A DNA stretch of 63,991 nucleotides, counting the filler. It is 7 parts of 7 records of this genome, joined end to end, with 100 filler letters (N's around TTAATTAATTAA, not from the genome) between each part and the next. Parts side by side here need not be neighbours in the genome. Positions count along the whole stretch, not along the records: positions 1 to 20,984 come from DRR378314_1325; 6 more parts are not named here. One strand, 5' to 3'. The notes below the pieces were generated by a model. That model saw nothing but the letters and a program-made list of their open reading frames with translations. It ran no database searches and was not told the origin of the DNA. Below are positions 1 through 8,911 of the stretch, piece after piece. The position numbers were made by a program, and so were the translations under genes. The first letter of the stretch is position 1; each line of letters opens with the position of its first letter.

Positions 1-87
1 ACGATACGACACTGTGTACCGCAAATAGAAATACACAGCGTACAAAACTACATCTTTCGGGAAATGGCAGCCTTTCAAAGAGATCAT
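1..87 (-). CDS. IS6-family transposase, N-terminal fragment (runs off contig start)
   Basis: Not in the ORF track. Minus strand from ATG at 87 reads MISLKGCHFPKDVVLYAVYFYLRYTVSYR, matching the IS6 transposase N-terminus pattern (KGxHFPxxVILxAVxxYxRYxxSYR). Confidence 0.9.
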   Translation of the reverse strand, partial: MISLKGCHFPKDVVLYAVYFYLRYTVSYR

Positions 88-175
88 GCTGAAACCTGTT
101 AAAGAACTATATGCTGAGAACAAACGCTGGAACCTGCGGGCTCGTCAATCCAGACAAAAAGTTTGCGACACATCC
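1..175 (-). mobile_element. IS6-family insertion sequence, left end with terminal inverted repeat
   Basis: Minus-strand GGATGTGTCGCAAACT (175-160) resembles IS6 termini (GGxxxTGTxGCAAA). It lies 88 bp upstream of the transposase ATG, at the point where the AraC gene loses similarity. Confidence 0.8.
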
Positions 176-945
176 GTTGGCGGCAACCCGGAACGTTTAG
201 CCATTTTTGCGACTGGGTTATCGATGGCGTAATTGTCGGAAATCCATAGCTGAGCCTGTGAGATTATGGCGTCAGCATGAGGTGCCGTAGTGATCATTGA
301 ACAGAATGGTGACTGGAGTTCTCCGCGGTTGGCCATAAGCCAGACTTTTGCTGCCCGCACCGCCTTTTGCGTGCCGCCGTAATGCGCGATCAGGAACGTA
401 GCGAGTTCCTGCCACCCGGTTGTCCCGCCCGACGTCACGGGTCCGCGAGACGCATCAGCAAAGCAAAGGCCGCGGTCTATGCGAAGCCGCACATTTGGAT
501 AAAACCTTTGAAAGAGACCTTCCCAAGCCCAATGTGTCGTCGCTTCAACCCCATCCAAAATACCTATTTCCGCCAAATAGACCGCCCCTGTACAGGCTGA
601 CACGATACGAGTCTTGGCCAAGTCGCGCCTAGCAAGCCACCCCAAACAAGGATGTTGTTCGGGGTCGAGCCGGTCATGCGGTGAAAGCGTCAGTCCGGGT
701 ACGACAACAATATCAGCGTGGTCTGCGTTCTTAAATGTCTGGTCTGGCGCGATCCAGACGCCACTTCCGCAACGAAACCCCTCAATGTCCGGGCCAACGA
801 GGCTGACGTCAAACACCGGCACAGGCTCCTCGCCGCTCACCAGATGTTCCCAATCCCGCCCTGCGGCCACCAAAGTGTCATACAGGCCAAACACGCTGGA
901 GGCGCTGGTTTCTGGGCTGGCAACGACCTGAACCGAAAATGGCAT
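145..945 (-). pseudogene. GlxA-family (DJ-1/PfpI + AraC) transcriptional regulator, truncated in the HTH by IS6
   Basis: DJ-1-like motifs IVVVPG, SACTGA, ATTHW and TSGG, then HADAIISQAQLWI and the start of the HTH (VAKMAKRSGLPP). The final residues (DVSQTFCLD) are read from IS sequence. Likely start ATG 945. Confidence 0.85.
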
Positions 946-1491
946 CTCTAAAATTCCCAAAGTGGTGAATTTGCCCCCTTTTTAGCTGTTTTGCCACTCA
1001 CACCCAACGAAAAATGTCGTGCAGTCTTCAAGGGCGCGTAGTTCGCTGGAGGTGTTAGCGATGATGAACGCAGTTTGGAGATTATTTTTTGACCGTGAAA
1101 AGCCGATCTTTTTGAGGAGACTCGCGCTCGGAAAACTTAGCCGAACAGATGACCAAGGAAGAGGAACCGACAACAGCAAAGTGACGGAAGAGGTGTGGAA
1201 ATCGGTGATCTATATTGGACCAGGCTGTTCACTGGGGAGAGACCGTTAGTTTGAGCAATTTCGATGTCAACTTCGTCCGCATCTCGGAAACTGCAAAGCT
1301 TGGTTTTGGATATCCGCTTCGGGCTGAAAATAGATCGTAAGAAGAGCAAACAGACTGGAAGCTAAACGGAAGAGAAACTGCGAAAACCAAATTTCTTCAA
1401 CGTTGCTTAGCATTTGTGGCACTTCATCTCGCCAAAAGCTGATACTTTGATGCGAACCACTAAAGTTCTTGATGGGTCGGGCAAAAAGATA

Positions 1492-1692
1492 TCAACTTTG
1501 CAAGTCCGCTGGCTTATTGACAACGCGATCTTTTAGGACTGTCCAGGCTGATTGCAGGCGTTCCCATCTGTTCAGCATTGCCTCGGCCCTGCATTCTGAG
1601 ATCTTTCGGTTGGTCTCGGCTTTGGTGAGCAATTCTTGCGGATCGTGGTGCCCAACGGTCTTCATAAGGTTAAGATCAAACGGCGGTTGCAT
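1492..1692 (-). CDS. Small hypothetical protein (66 aa)
   Basis: Strong RBS (AAGGAG) upstream of the ATG; divergent from the wHTH-hydrolase regulator. Confidence 0.6.
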   Translation of the reverse strand: MQPPFDLNLMKTVGHHDPQELLTKAETNRKISECRAEAMLNRWERLQSAWTVLKDRVVNKPADLQS

Positions 1693-1829
1693 CTTCGGGT
1701 CTCCTTATTGTGTCAACTCGACGATGAAATGAAATTGAACATCGTTCTTGCAGAAACTCCTTAGAAACCCCTGTGATTTCCCTTCGATTTAGTTAGAATC
1801 CGACGAAGTTATCAAAAAGAGTAGCTTCC

Positions 1830-2999
1830 TTGATCTATCGCTTTGCCGAATGCGAATTGGATACCGCAAACCAGCGACTGACGCGTGGTGAAAGCGAAGT
1901 GGCTATCGAGCCTCAGGTATTCGACTTGCTTCGACTACTTGTCGAAAATCCGGGGCGGCTAGTGACCCGCGACGAGATTTTGGCGGAGGTTTGGGACGGA
2001 CGCATCGTTTCGGAAAGTGCTATCAGTGCGCGGATTGCATCCGCTCGCAAGGCTGTCGGCGACGATGGAAAACGTCAGGGCGTCATTCGCACGCACCACG
2101 GCAGAGGGCTGGAGTTCGTCGCCCAGGTGGATACCTCTACTGCCGTCATGCCCACTGAAAAAGATCAATCAGAGCCTCCGAAAGTCAAATATGCCTTTTC
2201 GGTCAGGGGACACTCGCTTGCCTATCTCGTGTCTGGCTCGGGACCCCCATTGTTTCAACTCGATGGTCCTCCCCTTAGCAAAGAAAAAGCGTGGCACATC
2301 CCTATTCTGCGCGACGGTTACACTGCCTATCGAGAAGGTAGAACGCTCGTGCAAATGGATTGGGCGGGAACCGGTCTGTCCGATTCATTCGATGATGCCC
2401 TCAGTATCGAGGAGAATGTAGAAGATATTATTTCGGTGGCAGATGCGGTCGGACTCGAGCAATTTGCATTGATGAGCGAATCCGGCGCCTGTTTGGAGGC
2501 CGTGACCTTGGCCGCTCTCCACCCTGAAAGGGTTAGTCGGCTGGTGATCGTCGGTGGCTATACCGAAGGCCGAACGCTGCGAGAGCCTGAGGGACGCCCA
2601 GAAGTTCTCAAGACCATGATGGAGGCTGGTTGGGATCACTTGGAAGGCGGCATAGCTACCGCCTTCATGACGGCGTATTTTCCAGAAGGCCCATCGGAGG
2701 CCATACCGCATATGGTAGGATTAATGCAGCAAAGTGCATCTCGGGATTTTGCACTGAGCATGCGAGACAGGACCAACAATGCATCGACAACGCATCTCTT
2801 AAGCGAGATTCAATGCCCGACACTAATTGTTCAGGGTCGCAACGATGCCGTGCATCCTTTGGTTCAGGCCAAAAAACTTGCAGCTGGCATCCCCAATGCC
2901 GAACTTTTGGTACTGGAAAGCGCCAACCATTTGCCATTACCAGGCCATCCAACCTGGGACCGTTACATCCCTGCACTGCGCGCCTTTCTGGACGGCTAA
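1830..2999 (+). CDS. Winged-helix (OmpR/CadC-type) DNA-binding domain fused to alpha/beta-hydrolase fold
   Basis: N-terminal IEPQVFDLLRLLVENPGRLVTRDEILAEVWDGRIVSESAISARIASARKAVGD; C-terminal DWAGTGLSD, PTLIVQGRND and SANH hydrolase-fold motifs. TTG start. Confidence 0.9.
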   Translation: MIYRFAECELDTANQRLTRGESEVAIEPQVFDLLRLLVENPGRLVTRDEILAEVWDGRIVSESAISARIASARKAVGDDGKRQGVIRTHHGRGLEFVAQVDTSTAVMPTEKDQSEPPKVKYAFSVRGHSLAYLVSGSGPPLFQLDGPPLSKEKAWHIPILRDGYTAYREGRTLVQMDWAGTGLSDSFDDALSIEENVEDIISVADAVGLEQFALMSESGACLEAVTLAALHPERVSRLVIVGGYTEGRTLREPEGRPEVLKTMMEAGWDHLEGGIATAFMTAYFPEGPSEAIPHMVGLMQQSASRDFALSMRDRTNNASTTHLLSEIQCPTLIVQGRNDAVHPLVQAKKLAAGIPNAELLVLESANHLPLPGHPTWDRYIPALRAFLDG

Positions 3000-3489
3000 G
3001 GAGACCGACATCGAGTCGCAACGAACGGCAGATCTGTTTCGCAACACGAGAATTGCAAAGTCGATTTTTGAAGGTCTGCTTCGGTCTGCGACCAGCAATT
3101 GATGCTTGCTGCGGAGAACGGCAACACCGAGCCCACTATCGCCGATGCTGCATCTTGCATAAACAGTTGTGAAACACTGAAAGCCGACATTGCTGTGTCA
3201 AGTTTGGCTCAAAGCCACTGATTGCTTCATGGTCGGCCTCTGCGATGCAGTGCGTCAGACCGGACCTTGGATGTGAGTTTATTGGTCCAGACAAGTCGAA
3301 CTCACGGTTCGCGGTCAATCCGGAAGTTGATGTTGTTAGCTTTAAGTGCACCCGCAAGCCAGTGGGACCGCAAAGCAAGTTTAGAATTTGATTAGGTCGA
3401 AAGGCAGAGCAGTGCCCGTTGTTCAAATTGGTGAGCAAAAAACGGTTGCAAAAAACATTAAAACCAAGCCAAGCGCGATGCTCCTTAAA

Positions 3490-3535
3490 GAGAGTATACT
3501 CTTTATTGACTGACTTTGATAAAGAGTATACTCTC
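3490..3535 (+). promoter_or_regulatory. Double palindromic operator overlapping a sigma70-like promoter upstream of the GntR gene
   Basis: Perfect 17-bp inverted repeat GAGAGTATACTCTTTAT (3490-3506) / ATAAAGAGTATACTCTC (3519-3535). Each arm contains the palindrome AGAGTATACTCT. TTGACT at 3506-3511 and TATACT at 3527-3532. Confidence 0.7.
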
Positions 3536-3627
3536 CTGTTTGCGCATCACTCTGTTGTCACGGATTCTGAGGCCATAGGGGCATTCGAATTGGTGATTAC
3601 CAGAGATGAGTGTTTGGGGGGGGGAGA

Positions 3628-4437
3628 ATGGATAACAATGAACTCATGAAATGGATGCGGGCCCGCTTCGAGCGGGAGCAGGCCAATCGTAATGCGCCCA
3701 AATATGAACTTCTAACTCAGGTGATTCAGTTTGCAATTCGGGAGCAGATATTAGCGCCCGGCGACCGGCTGCCACCAGAGCAACAGCTAAGCCAGAACTT
3801 GCCGATTAGCCAAATTACCGTCCGCAAAAGCTATGCTAAACTCGGGCAAACCGGAATTATTTCGCGCGAACACGGGCGCGGCACATTTGTTTCCGACGCG
3901 GAACAAAGCGTCAACGATCTCTGGCACTTCCGCTTCTATGATCCGGCGACCGACAAGCTGATGCCGATCTATAACCGTATTCTTTCGCTCGAATTGCACA
4001 GCGAAACTTCGCTCGGAAGTTCCCTGGGCAAAGTCGACGTGAAGTTGATCCGCGTTGAACGTGCCGTAAACATCGGCTCGCGCTTCAACTGTTACAGCGA
4101 GCTCTATCTGCCGGCCGACAGATTTTCCGGGATCATGGACTTGCCCTATAGCGAGTTGGAACGCGTGAACCTCAAGGACATCATGACCGAACAGTTCAAT
4201 GCGCCCACAATCCGAGTCAATCAGAACCTCAAGATTGACAACTTACCGGAACGCGCCGCCATGACGCTCGGCACGCCTGCCGGAAGCAAAGTCATGCTAC
4301 TGCGCGTCGCAGGCTTCACCTTTGATGATGAGCCGATCAGTCATCAGGACATCTGGATCCCAGAGACACAATACGAATTGAACCTCCCCGCCGCCGCCCA
4401 AGCGGGCAGCGCCTCCAAAGCGGAAGGTCAATCTTAA
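3628..4437 (+). CDS. GntR-family (HutC/UTRA) transcriptional regulator
   Basis: PKY...LAPGDRLPPEQQLSQNLPISQITVRKSY...REHGRGTFVS GntR HTH plus C-terminal UTRA-like domain. ATG 3628 follows a G-rich RBS. Confidence 0.92.
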   Translation: MDNNELMKWMRARFEREQANRNAPKYELLTQVIQFAIREQILAPGDRLPPEQQLSQNLPISQITVRKSYAKLGQTGIISREHGRGTFVSDAEQSVNDLWHFRFYDPATDKLMPIYNRILSLELHSETSLGSSLGKVDVKLIRVERAVNIGSRFNCYSELYLPADRFSGIMDLPYSELERVNLKDIMTEQFNAPTIRVNQNLKIDNLPERAAMTLGTPAGSKVMLLRVAGFTFDDEPISHQDIWIPETQYELNLPAAAQAGSASKAEGQS

Positions 4438-4527
4438 TCCTGCTGCGCTCGAGGCGTCAAACCCCGATCCGCAGCCAATAGCCAGAATGTGAAAAACATC
4501 AAATGCCAACCGACAAGGAGACAACAA

Positions 4528-5412
4528 ATGATGAAACAATTGATCGCAAGCGCAGTTGCTGCTGGGACAATCCTCAGCGCTTTGCCAGCCGTTGCGCAGG
4601 ACGCAAGCTCACCGGTGCTCGACCGAATCAAAGAGCGGGGCGTGATCAACATGGGGCACCGCGAAACCTCAGTTCCATTCTCTTATCTGGACAAAGACGG
4701 CAATCCGACCGGATACCACGTTGAAATCTGTGAACGTTTCATTGATGAAGTCAAGGCAGCGATTGGCGTTGAAGACTTAGAAGTCAACCACGTTCCGATA
4801 ACTTCTCAGACCCGTATCCCACTGATTGCAAACGGTACTTTGGACATAGCTTGTGGATCGGCGTCAAACACTCTGACGCGCCAGCAACAGGTCGACTATC
4901 TGCCGGTGACCTATATTGGCGGCACCCGCCTGGTGAATCGGGTTGGCGACGACATCACCGAGATCGAAGATCTGGAAGGTAAGGTGCTGGCGCTGGCTTC
5001 AGGCACCACCGATGAGCGCAACGTTAAGGCGCTGATCGCGGAAACGGGTCTTGATATCAAGATCACCCAAGTCAAAGACCACGCCCAAGCTTGGGTCTCG
5101 CTGGAGACCGGGCGGGTCGATGCTTATGCCAATGACGGCGTCATCCTGGCCGGGCTGATCAATTCTTCGAAATCGCCAGCGGATTATGAAATCTCAGGCC
5201 GACTGCTATCTTATGACCCCTATGGCATCATGGTGCCGCGCAATGACTCCACCTTCCGCCTGATCGGCACACGGATGATTGCGAACATGATGCGCAGCGG
5301 TGAACTGAAGGCTTTGTACGAGAAATGGTACAACTCTGACCACACCGGCCTGAAAGTACCAATGAGTCCGCTGCTCGAAAACGCCATTAAAATTCAGACG
5401 CTTCCGGAATAA
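4528..5412 (+). CDS. gltI: Polar amino acid ABC transporter substrate-binding protein (Glu/Asp GltI-like)
   Basis: Signal peptide; GHRETSVPFSY, TSQTRIPLIANGTLDIACGS, RQQQV, GTTDE and PYGIM motifs. RBS AAGGAG before ATG 4528. Actual ligand unknown. Confidence 0.9.
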   Translation: MMKQLIASAVAAGTILSALPAVAQDASSPVLDRIKERGVINMGHRETSVPFSYLDKDGNPTGYHVEICERFIDEVKAAIGVEDLEVNHVPITSQTRIPLIANGTLDIACGSASNTLTRQQQVDYLPVTYIGGTRLVNRVGDDITEIEDLEGKVLALASGTTDERNVKALIAETGLDIKITQVKDHAQAWVSLETGRVDAYANDGVILAGLINSSKSPADYEISGRLLSYDPYGIMVPRNDSTFRLIGTRMIANMMRSGELKALYEKWYNSDHTGLKVPMSPLLENAIKIQTLPE

Positions 5413-5428
5413 CACCGGCTCTCCCAAG

Positions 5429-5466
5429 GCTCCCCGTTTGGCGCGTCAGTGCGCTGGCCGGGGGGC
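5429..5466 (+). other. GC-rich intergenic stem-loop between binding-protein and permease genes
   Basis: GCTCCCCG-TTTGGCGC...GCGCTGGC-CGGGGGGC imperfect hairpin with no U-tract, so more likely mRNA-stabilising than a terminator. Confidence 0.5.
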
Positions 5467-5496
5467 TGAAAACAAACTTTTCAGGGTACAGGTTCG

Positions 5497-6249
5497 ATGG
5501 ACTATAACTGGAACTGGGAAATTCTCCTTTGCACAACGGCTGGGTCGTCGCTGAGCTGCCAGCAGCCTTACCTCTTGTGGATCCTTAGCGGCCTTGGCTG
5601 GACAGTTGCGGTGGCGCTCAGCGCTTGGGTGATCGCCTTTCCGCTGGGGTCGGTGATCGGCATCATGCGAACATTGGACCACCCGGTACCGCGCTGGATT
5701 GCCGCCGCCTATATCTCAGTGTTTCGCAACATTCCGCTGCTGGTGCAGATGTTTCTGTGGTTCTTCGTGGTGCCCGAGATCGTCTCGGAACGCGCAGGCT
5801 ACTGGCTCAAACGCGAACTGCCGCTGCCGGAATTCTGGACTGCTGTTGTCTGTCTGGGCACCTATACTGGGGCGCGTGTCAGTGAACAGATTCGGGCGGG
5901 TATCAGCTCAATCTCCCAGGGCCAGCGCTATGCCGCCATGGCCATCGGCCTGCGACCGTTTCAGGTCTACCGCTACATTCTGCTTCCGGTGGGTTACCGC
6001 ATCATCATTCCGCCAATGACCAGCGAATTCATGGGCGTGTTCAAGAACTCTTCACTGGCGCTGACCATCGGCGTGATCGAACTGACCGCCCAGGCGCGGC
6101 AGATCGAGGAATATACCTTTCAGGGCTTTGAAGCCTTCACCGCCGCTACCGTGCTGTACATCCTGCTCACAACTTTCGTGCTGCTGATCATGCGGACGAT
6201 CGAGGCACGGTTCACATTGCCTGGCATGGTCTCACTGGGAGCAAAATGA
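5497..6249 (+). CDS. gltJ: Amino acid ABC transporter permease (GltJ-like)
   Basis: MDYNWNW start; FRNIPLLVQMFLWFFVVPE and PPMTSEFMGVFKNSS motifs. Confidence 0.92.
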   Translation: MDYNWNWEILLCTTAGSSLSCQQPYLLWILSGLGWTVAVALSAWVIAFPLGSVIGIMRTLDHPVPRWIAAAYISVFRNIPLLVQMFLWFFVVPEIVSERAGYWLKRELPLPEFWTAVVCLGTYTGARVSEQIRAGISSISQGQRYAAMAIGLRPFQVYRYILLPVGYRIIIPPMTSEFMGVFKNSSLALTIGVIELTAQARQIEEYTFQGFEAFTAATVLYILLTTFVLLIMRTIEARFTLPGMVSLGAK

Positions 6250-6911
6250 TGTTCAGCAATTTCGACTACTCCTCTGTTGTCGGCGCGATCCCCTTCCTGT
6301 GGGAAGGCATGAAACTGACGCTGCTGCTGACCGTTCTAGCCATTCTTGGCGGGCTTGCCTTGGGAACGCTGTTGGCGCTGGCACGACTGTCGCCCTACAA
6401 GTTGATCTCTTACCCGGCGGGCGCCTATGTGAATGTGTTCCGCTCGGTGCCGCTAATCCTGGTGATCTTCTGGTTCTATTTCCTAGTGCCGCTGATCCTG
6501 GGCCGTCCGATCGGCGCCTTCTATTCGGTGCTGATCGCTTTTGTCCTGTTTGAGGCCGCCTATTACTGTGAAATCATGCGGGCGGGTTTGCAAAGCGTGC
6601 GCGCAGGCCAGGTGCAGGCGGGCAAGGCGCTGGGGCTGACCTATACCCAGAACATGCGCTATGTGGTGCTGCCCCAGGCATTCCGCGCCATGGTGCCAGT
6701 GCTGCTGACCCAAGGGATTATCCTGTTTCAGGATACCTCGCTGGTCTATGTGGTGGGCTTGCGCGACTTCCTTGTTGCCGCCGAGATCGTCGCCCACCGC
6801 GACAATCGGCTGATCGAAATGTTCGCCACCGTTGCGGTTGTATATTTCGTTCTCTGCCTCCTGGGCACCTTCTGGGTCCAGAAACTCCAGCAAAAACTGA
6901 AAACCGACTGA
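6246..6911 (+). CDS. gltK: Amino acid ABC transporter permease (GltK-like)
   Basis: FRSVPLILVIFWFYF, FEAAYYCEIMRAG and FQDTSLVYV motifs; ATGA overlap with the upstream gene. Confidence 0.92.
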   Translation: MMFSNFDYSSVVGAIPFLWEGMKLTLLLTVLAILGGLALGTLLALARLSPYKLISYPAGAYVNVFRSVPLILVIFWFYFLVPLILGRPIGAFYSVLIAFVLFEAAYYCEIMRAGLQSVRAGQVQAGKALGLTYTQNMRYVVLPQAFRAMVPVLLTQGIILFQDTSLVYVVGLRDFLVAAEIVAHRDNRLIEMFATVAVVYFVLCLLGTFWVQKLQQKLKTD

Positions 6912-6924
6912 GGAAACGAGCGGC

Positions 6925-7659
6925 ATGCCCATCATTGAAATGAAAAACGTCAGCAAGTGGTATGGAAGCTTCCAGGTGCTCGACGACTGTAGTGTCTCAG
7001 TTGAAAAAGGCGAAGTAATCGTGGTCTGCGGCCCCTCGGGTTCCGGCAAGAGCACGCTGATCAAAACCATCAACGGGCTGGAGCCCTTCCAGAAGGGCAG
7101 CATTGATTTCGAAGGCACCCAGGTAGGGGGCAAAGGTACGGATCTGGCCAAGCTGCGCTCGAAAATCGGCATGGTGTTCCAAAACTTCGAGCTCTTCCCT
7201 CACCTTGCCATTCTGGACAACATCTCGCTTGGACAGGAAAAGGTTCTGAACCGTAACTCGGAGGAATCCCGAAAGCGCGGTGTAGAACTTCTCAAACGCA
7301 TGGACCTGAGTGAGCACGGAGAAAAGTATCCTGCGCAACTTTCGGGTGGACAGCAACAACGGATTGCCATTGCACGTGCCTTGGCTATGGACCCGTCGGC
7401 GATGCTGTTTGACGAGCCGACCTCGGCGCTGGATCCCGAAATGATCAACGAGGTGCTCGACGTGATGACCGAGTTGGCACAGTCGGGCATGACCATGATG
7501 GTGGTGACCCACGAGATGGGTTTTGCTCGCCGCGTCGCCGACCGGATCATCTTTATGGACAAGGGCAGGATCGAGGAAGACTGCTCGAAGCGGGAGTTCT
7601 TTGAAACCCAGCGCGGCCCGCGCGCGCAAGAATTCCTCTCCAAGATTCTCACACACTGA
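6925..7659 (+). CDS. gltL: Amino acid ABC transporter ATP-binding protein (GltL-like)
   Basis: Walker A GPSGSGKST, signature LSGGQQQR, Walker B MLFDEPTSALDPE. Confidence 0.95.
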   Translation: MPIIEMKNVSKWYGSFQVLDDCSVSVEKGEVIVVCGPSGSGKSTLIKTINGLEPFQKGSIDFEGTQVGGKGTDLAKLRSKIGMVFQNFELFPHLAILDNISLGQEKVLNRNSEESRKRGVELLKRMDLSEHGEKYPAQLSGGQQQRIAIARALAMDPSAMLFDEPTSALDPEMINEVLDVMTELAQSGMTMMVVTHEMGFARRVADRIIFMDKGRIEEDCSKREFFETQRGPRAQEFLSKILTH

Positions 7660-7684
7660 ACACCCAAAGACAGAGGGAATGCAA

Positions 7685-8047
7685 ATGGATAAGATTGACC
7701 AAGACCGGCTTTATGCGCAGATCGTCGGCCATGTGCCAAAAGAAATTTCCGACCGGATCGAGGTTGGCATGGAGGCCGACCCCAAGCTGACCAAGATGTT
7801 CGAGGAGATTCGCCTGCACATCATGGAAAACGACGTGCTGGACGCCAAGACGGTGCAAATGATGCTGTTTGGCATGATGGCCTCGAAACTGATCGGTCCG
7901 CCGACCCGCTATCATGCCCACGCTTCCAAGATGCTGGGTGCCACCAAGGAAGAGCTTTACGCCGTAGCGGGTATCACCCTGCTGGTTGGCGGTATGCGCT
8001 CTTACAACACCGCCGGCGCCGCGATCAAAGAAGTCTTCGACGCTTGA
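7685..8047 (+). CDS. Carboxymuconolactone decarboxylase (CMD/AhpD-like) family protein, no CxxC
   Basis: LDAKTVQMMLFG...HAHASKMLGATKEEL CMD pattern. RBS GAGGGA before ATG 7685 (or 7679). No Cys pair. Confidence 0.8.
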   Translation: MDKIDQDRLYAQIVGHVPKEISDRIEVGMEADPKLTKMFEEIRLHIMENDVLDAKTVQMMLFGMMASKLIGPPTRYHAHASKMLGATKEELYAVAGITLLVGGMRSYNTAGAAIKEVFDA

Positions 8048-8080
8048 ACGACCTCCCTCCCTTTTTGGAAAGGATTTGAA

Positions 8081-8884
8081 ATGGCTGGCTATTCAGCTTT
8101 CGACTTTGTACACGTATCCCCCGCCCGCAGCCGCCAGAAACCGCGCAGCAGCGGCCTGACCTCAATGATCGACTACGGCATTCCTCTGGGCAAACAGGCC
8201 GGTCTGCTGGAAATGTCCGGTCATTTGATCGACATCGCTAAACTGGCTACCGCAACGCCGCTGGCCTATGAGAAGACGTTTCTGCACCGCAAGATCGACA
8301 TGTACCGTCAGGCGGGCGTAAACGTTCAAATGGGTGGCCAGTTCGCTGAGTATCTTTATGCCACTGCCGGTCTGGACGGCGTGCGCCGCTTGTTCAGCGA
8401 GGGTTGCGAGTTGGGATTTGAGATCGTCGAGATTTCCGACACCTGTATTTCGCTTTCCGAAGATCAGCGCGCAGCACTGATTGCCGAGGCCAAAGCGTCC
8501 GGCCTGCGCGTGGTCTGCGAGGTGGGCCTGTACGAAGGCAACACCGAAGGTGAGCAGATTGTGCAAGAGATCAAATTCGCCCTGGCCAATAAGGTCGAAT
8601 ATGTGATCGTCGAAGGTGCCGAGCTGGTCAACACCGATGGCTTCAAGAAAGACGTGATCGACATGATCCGCGCCGCCGTAAGCATCGAAAGGCTGATCTT
8701 TGAAATGCCGGGACCTGGGATTAGCGAAGCTTCTGATGCGCAGCTGGAGGCCCTGAAGCGCGGGCTGATCCTGGAATTCGGTTCGGACGTAAACCTAGGC
8801 AATATCTCGCCCGATGAGATTGTCGAAACCGAAATTGTCCGACTTGGCATCGAAGACAAGAACGGCTGGCCAAAAAGCTCCTGA
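8081..8884 (+). CDS. comA: Phosphosulfolactate synthase (ComA)-like protein, divergent
   Basis: KPRxxGLTxxIDxG, IDIAK, GGQFAE, GFEIVEISD, EVG, IFE and GSDVNLGNI motifs of the ComA family. Confidence 0.88.
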   Translation: MAGYSAFDFVHVSPARSRQKPRSSGLTSMIDYGIPLGKQAGLLEMSGHLIDIAKLATATPLAYEKTFLHRKIDMYRQAGVNVQMGGQFAEYLYATAGLDGVRRLFSEGCELGFEIVEISDTCISLSEDQRAALIAEAKASGLRVVCEVGLYEGNTEGEQIVQEIKFALANKVEYVIVEGAELVNTDGFKKDVIDMIRAAVSIERLIFEMPGPGISEASDAQLEALKRGLILEFGSDVNLGNISPDEIVETEIVRLGIEDKNGWPKSS

Positions 8885-8911
8885 TCTGAAAACTCCTGAT
8901 AAGATATTGCA

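Noticed and set aside
8081-8884. Coenzyme M biosynthesis cluster
   Set aside because: No comB-E or xcbC-E homologues nearby, and the context is importer plus sulfite exporter.
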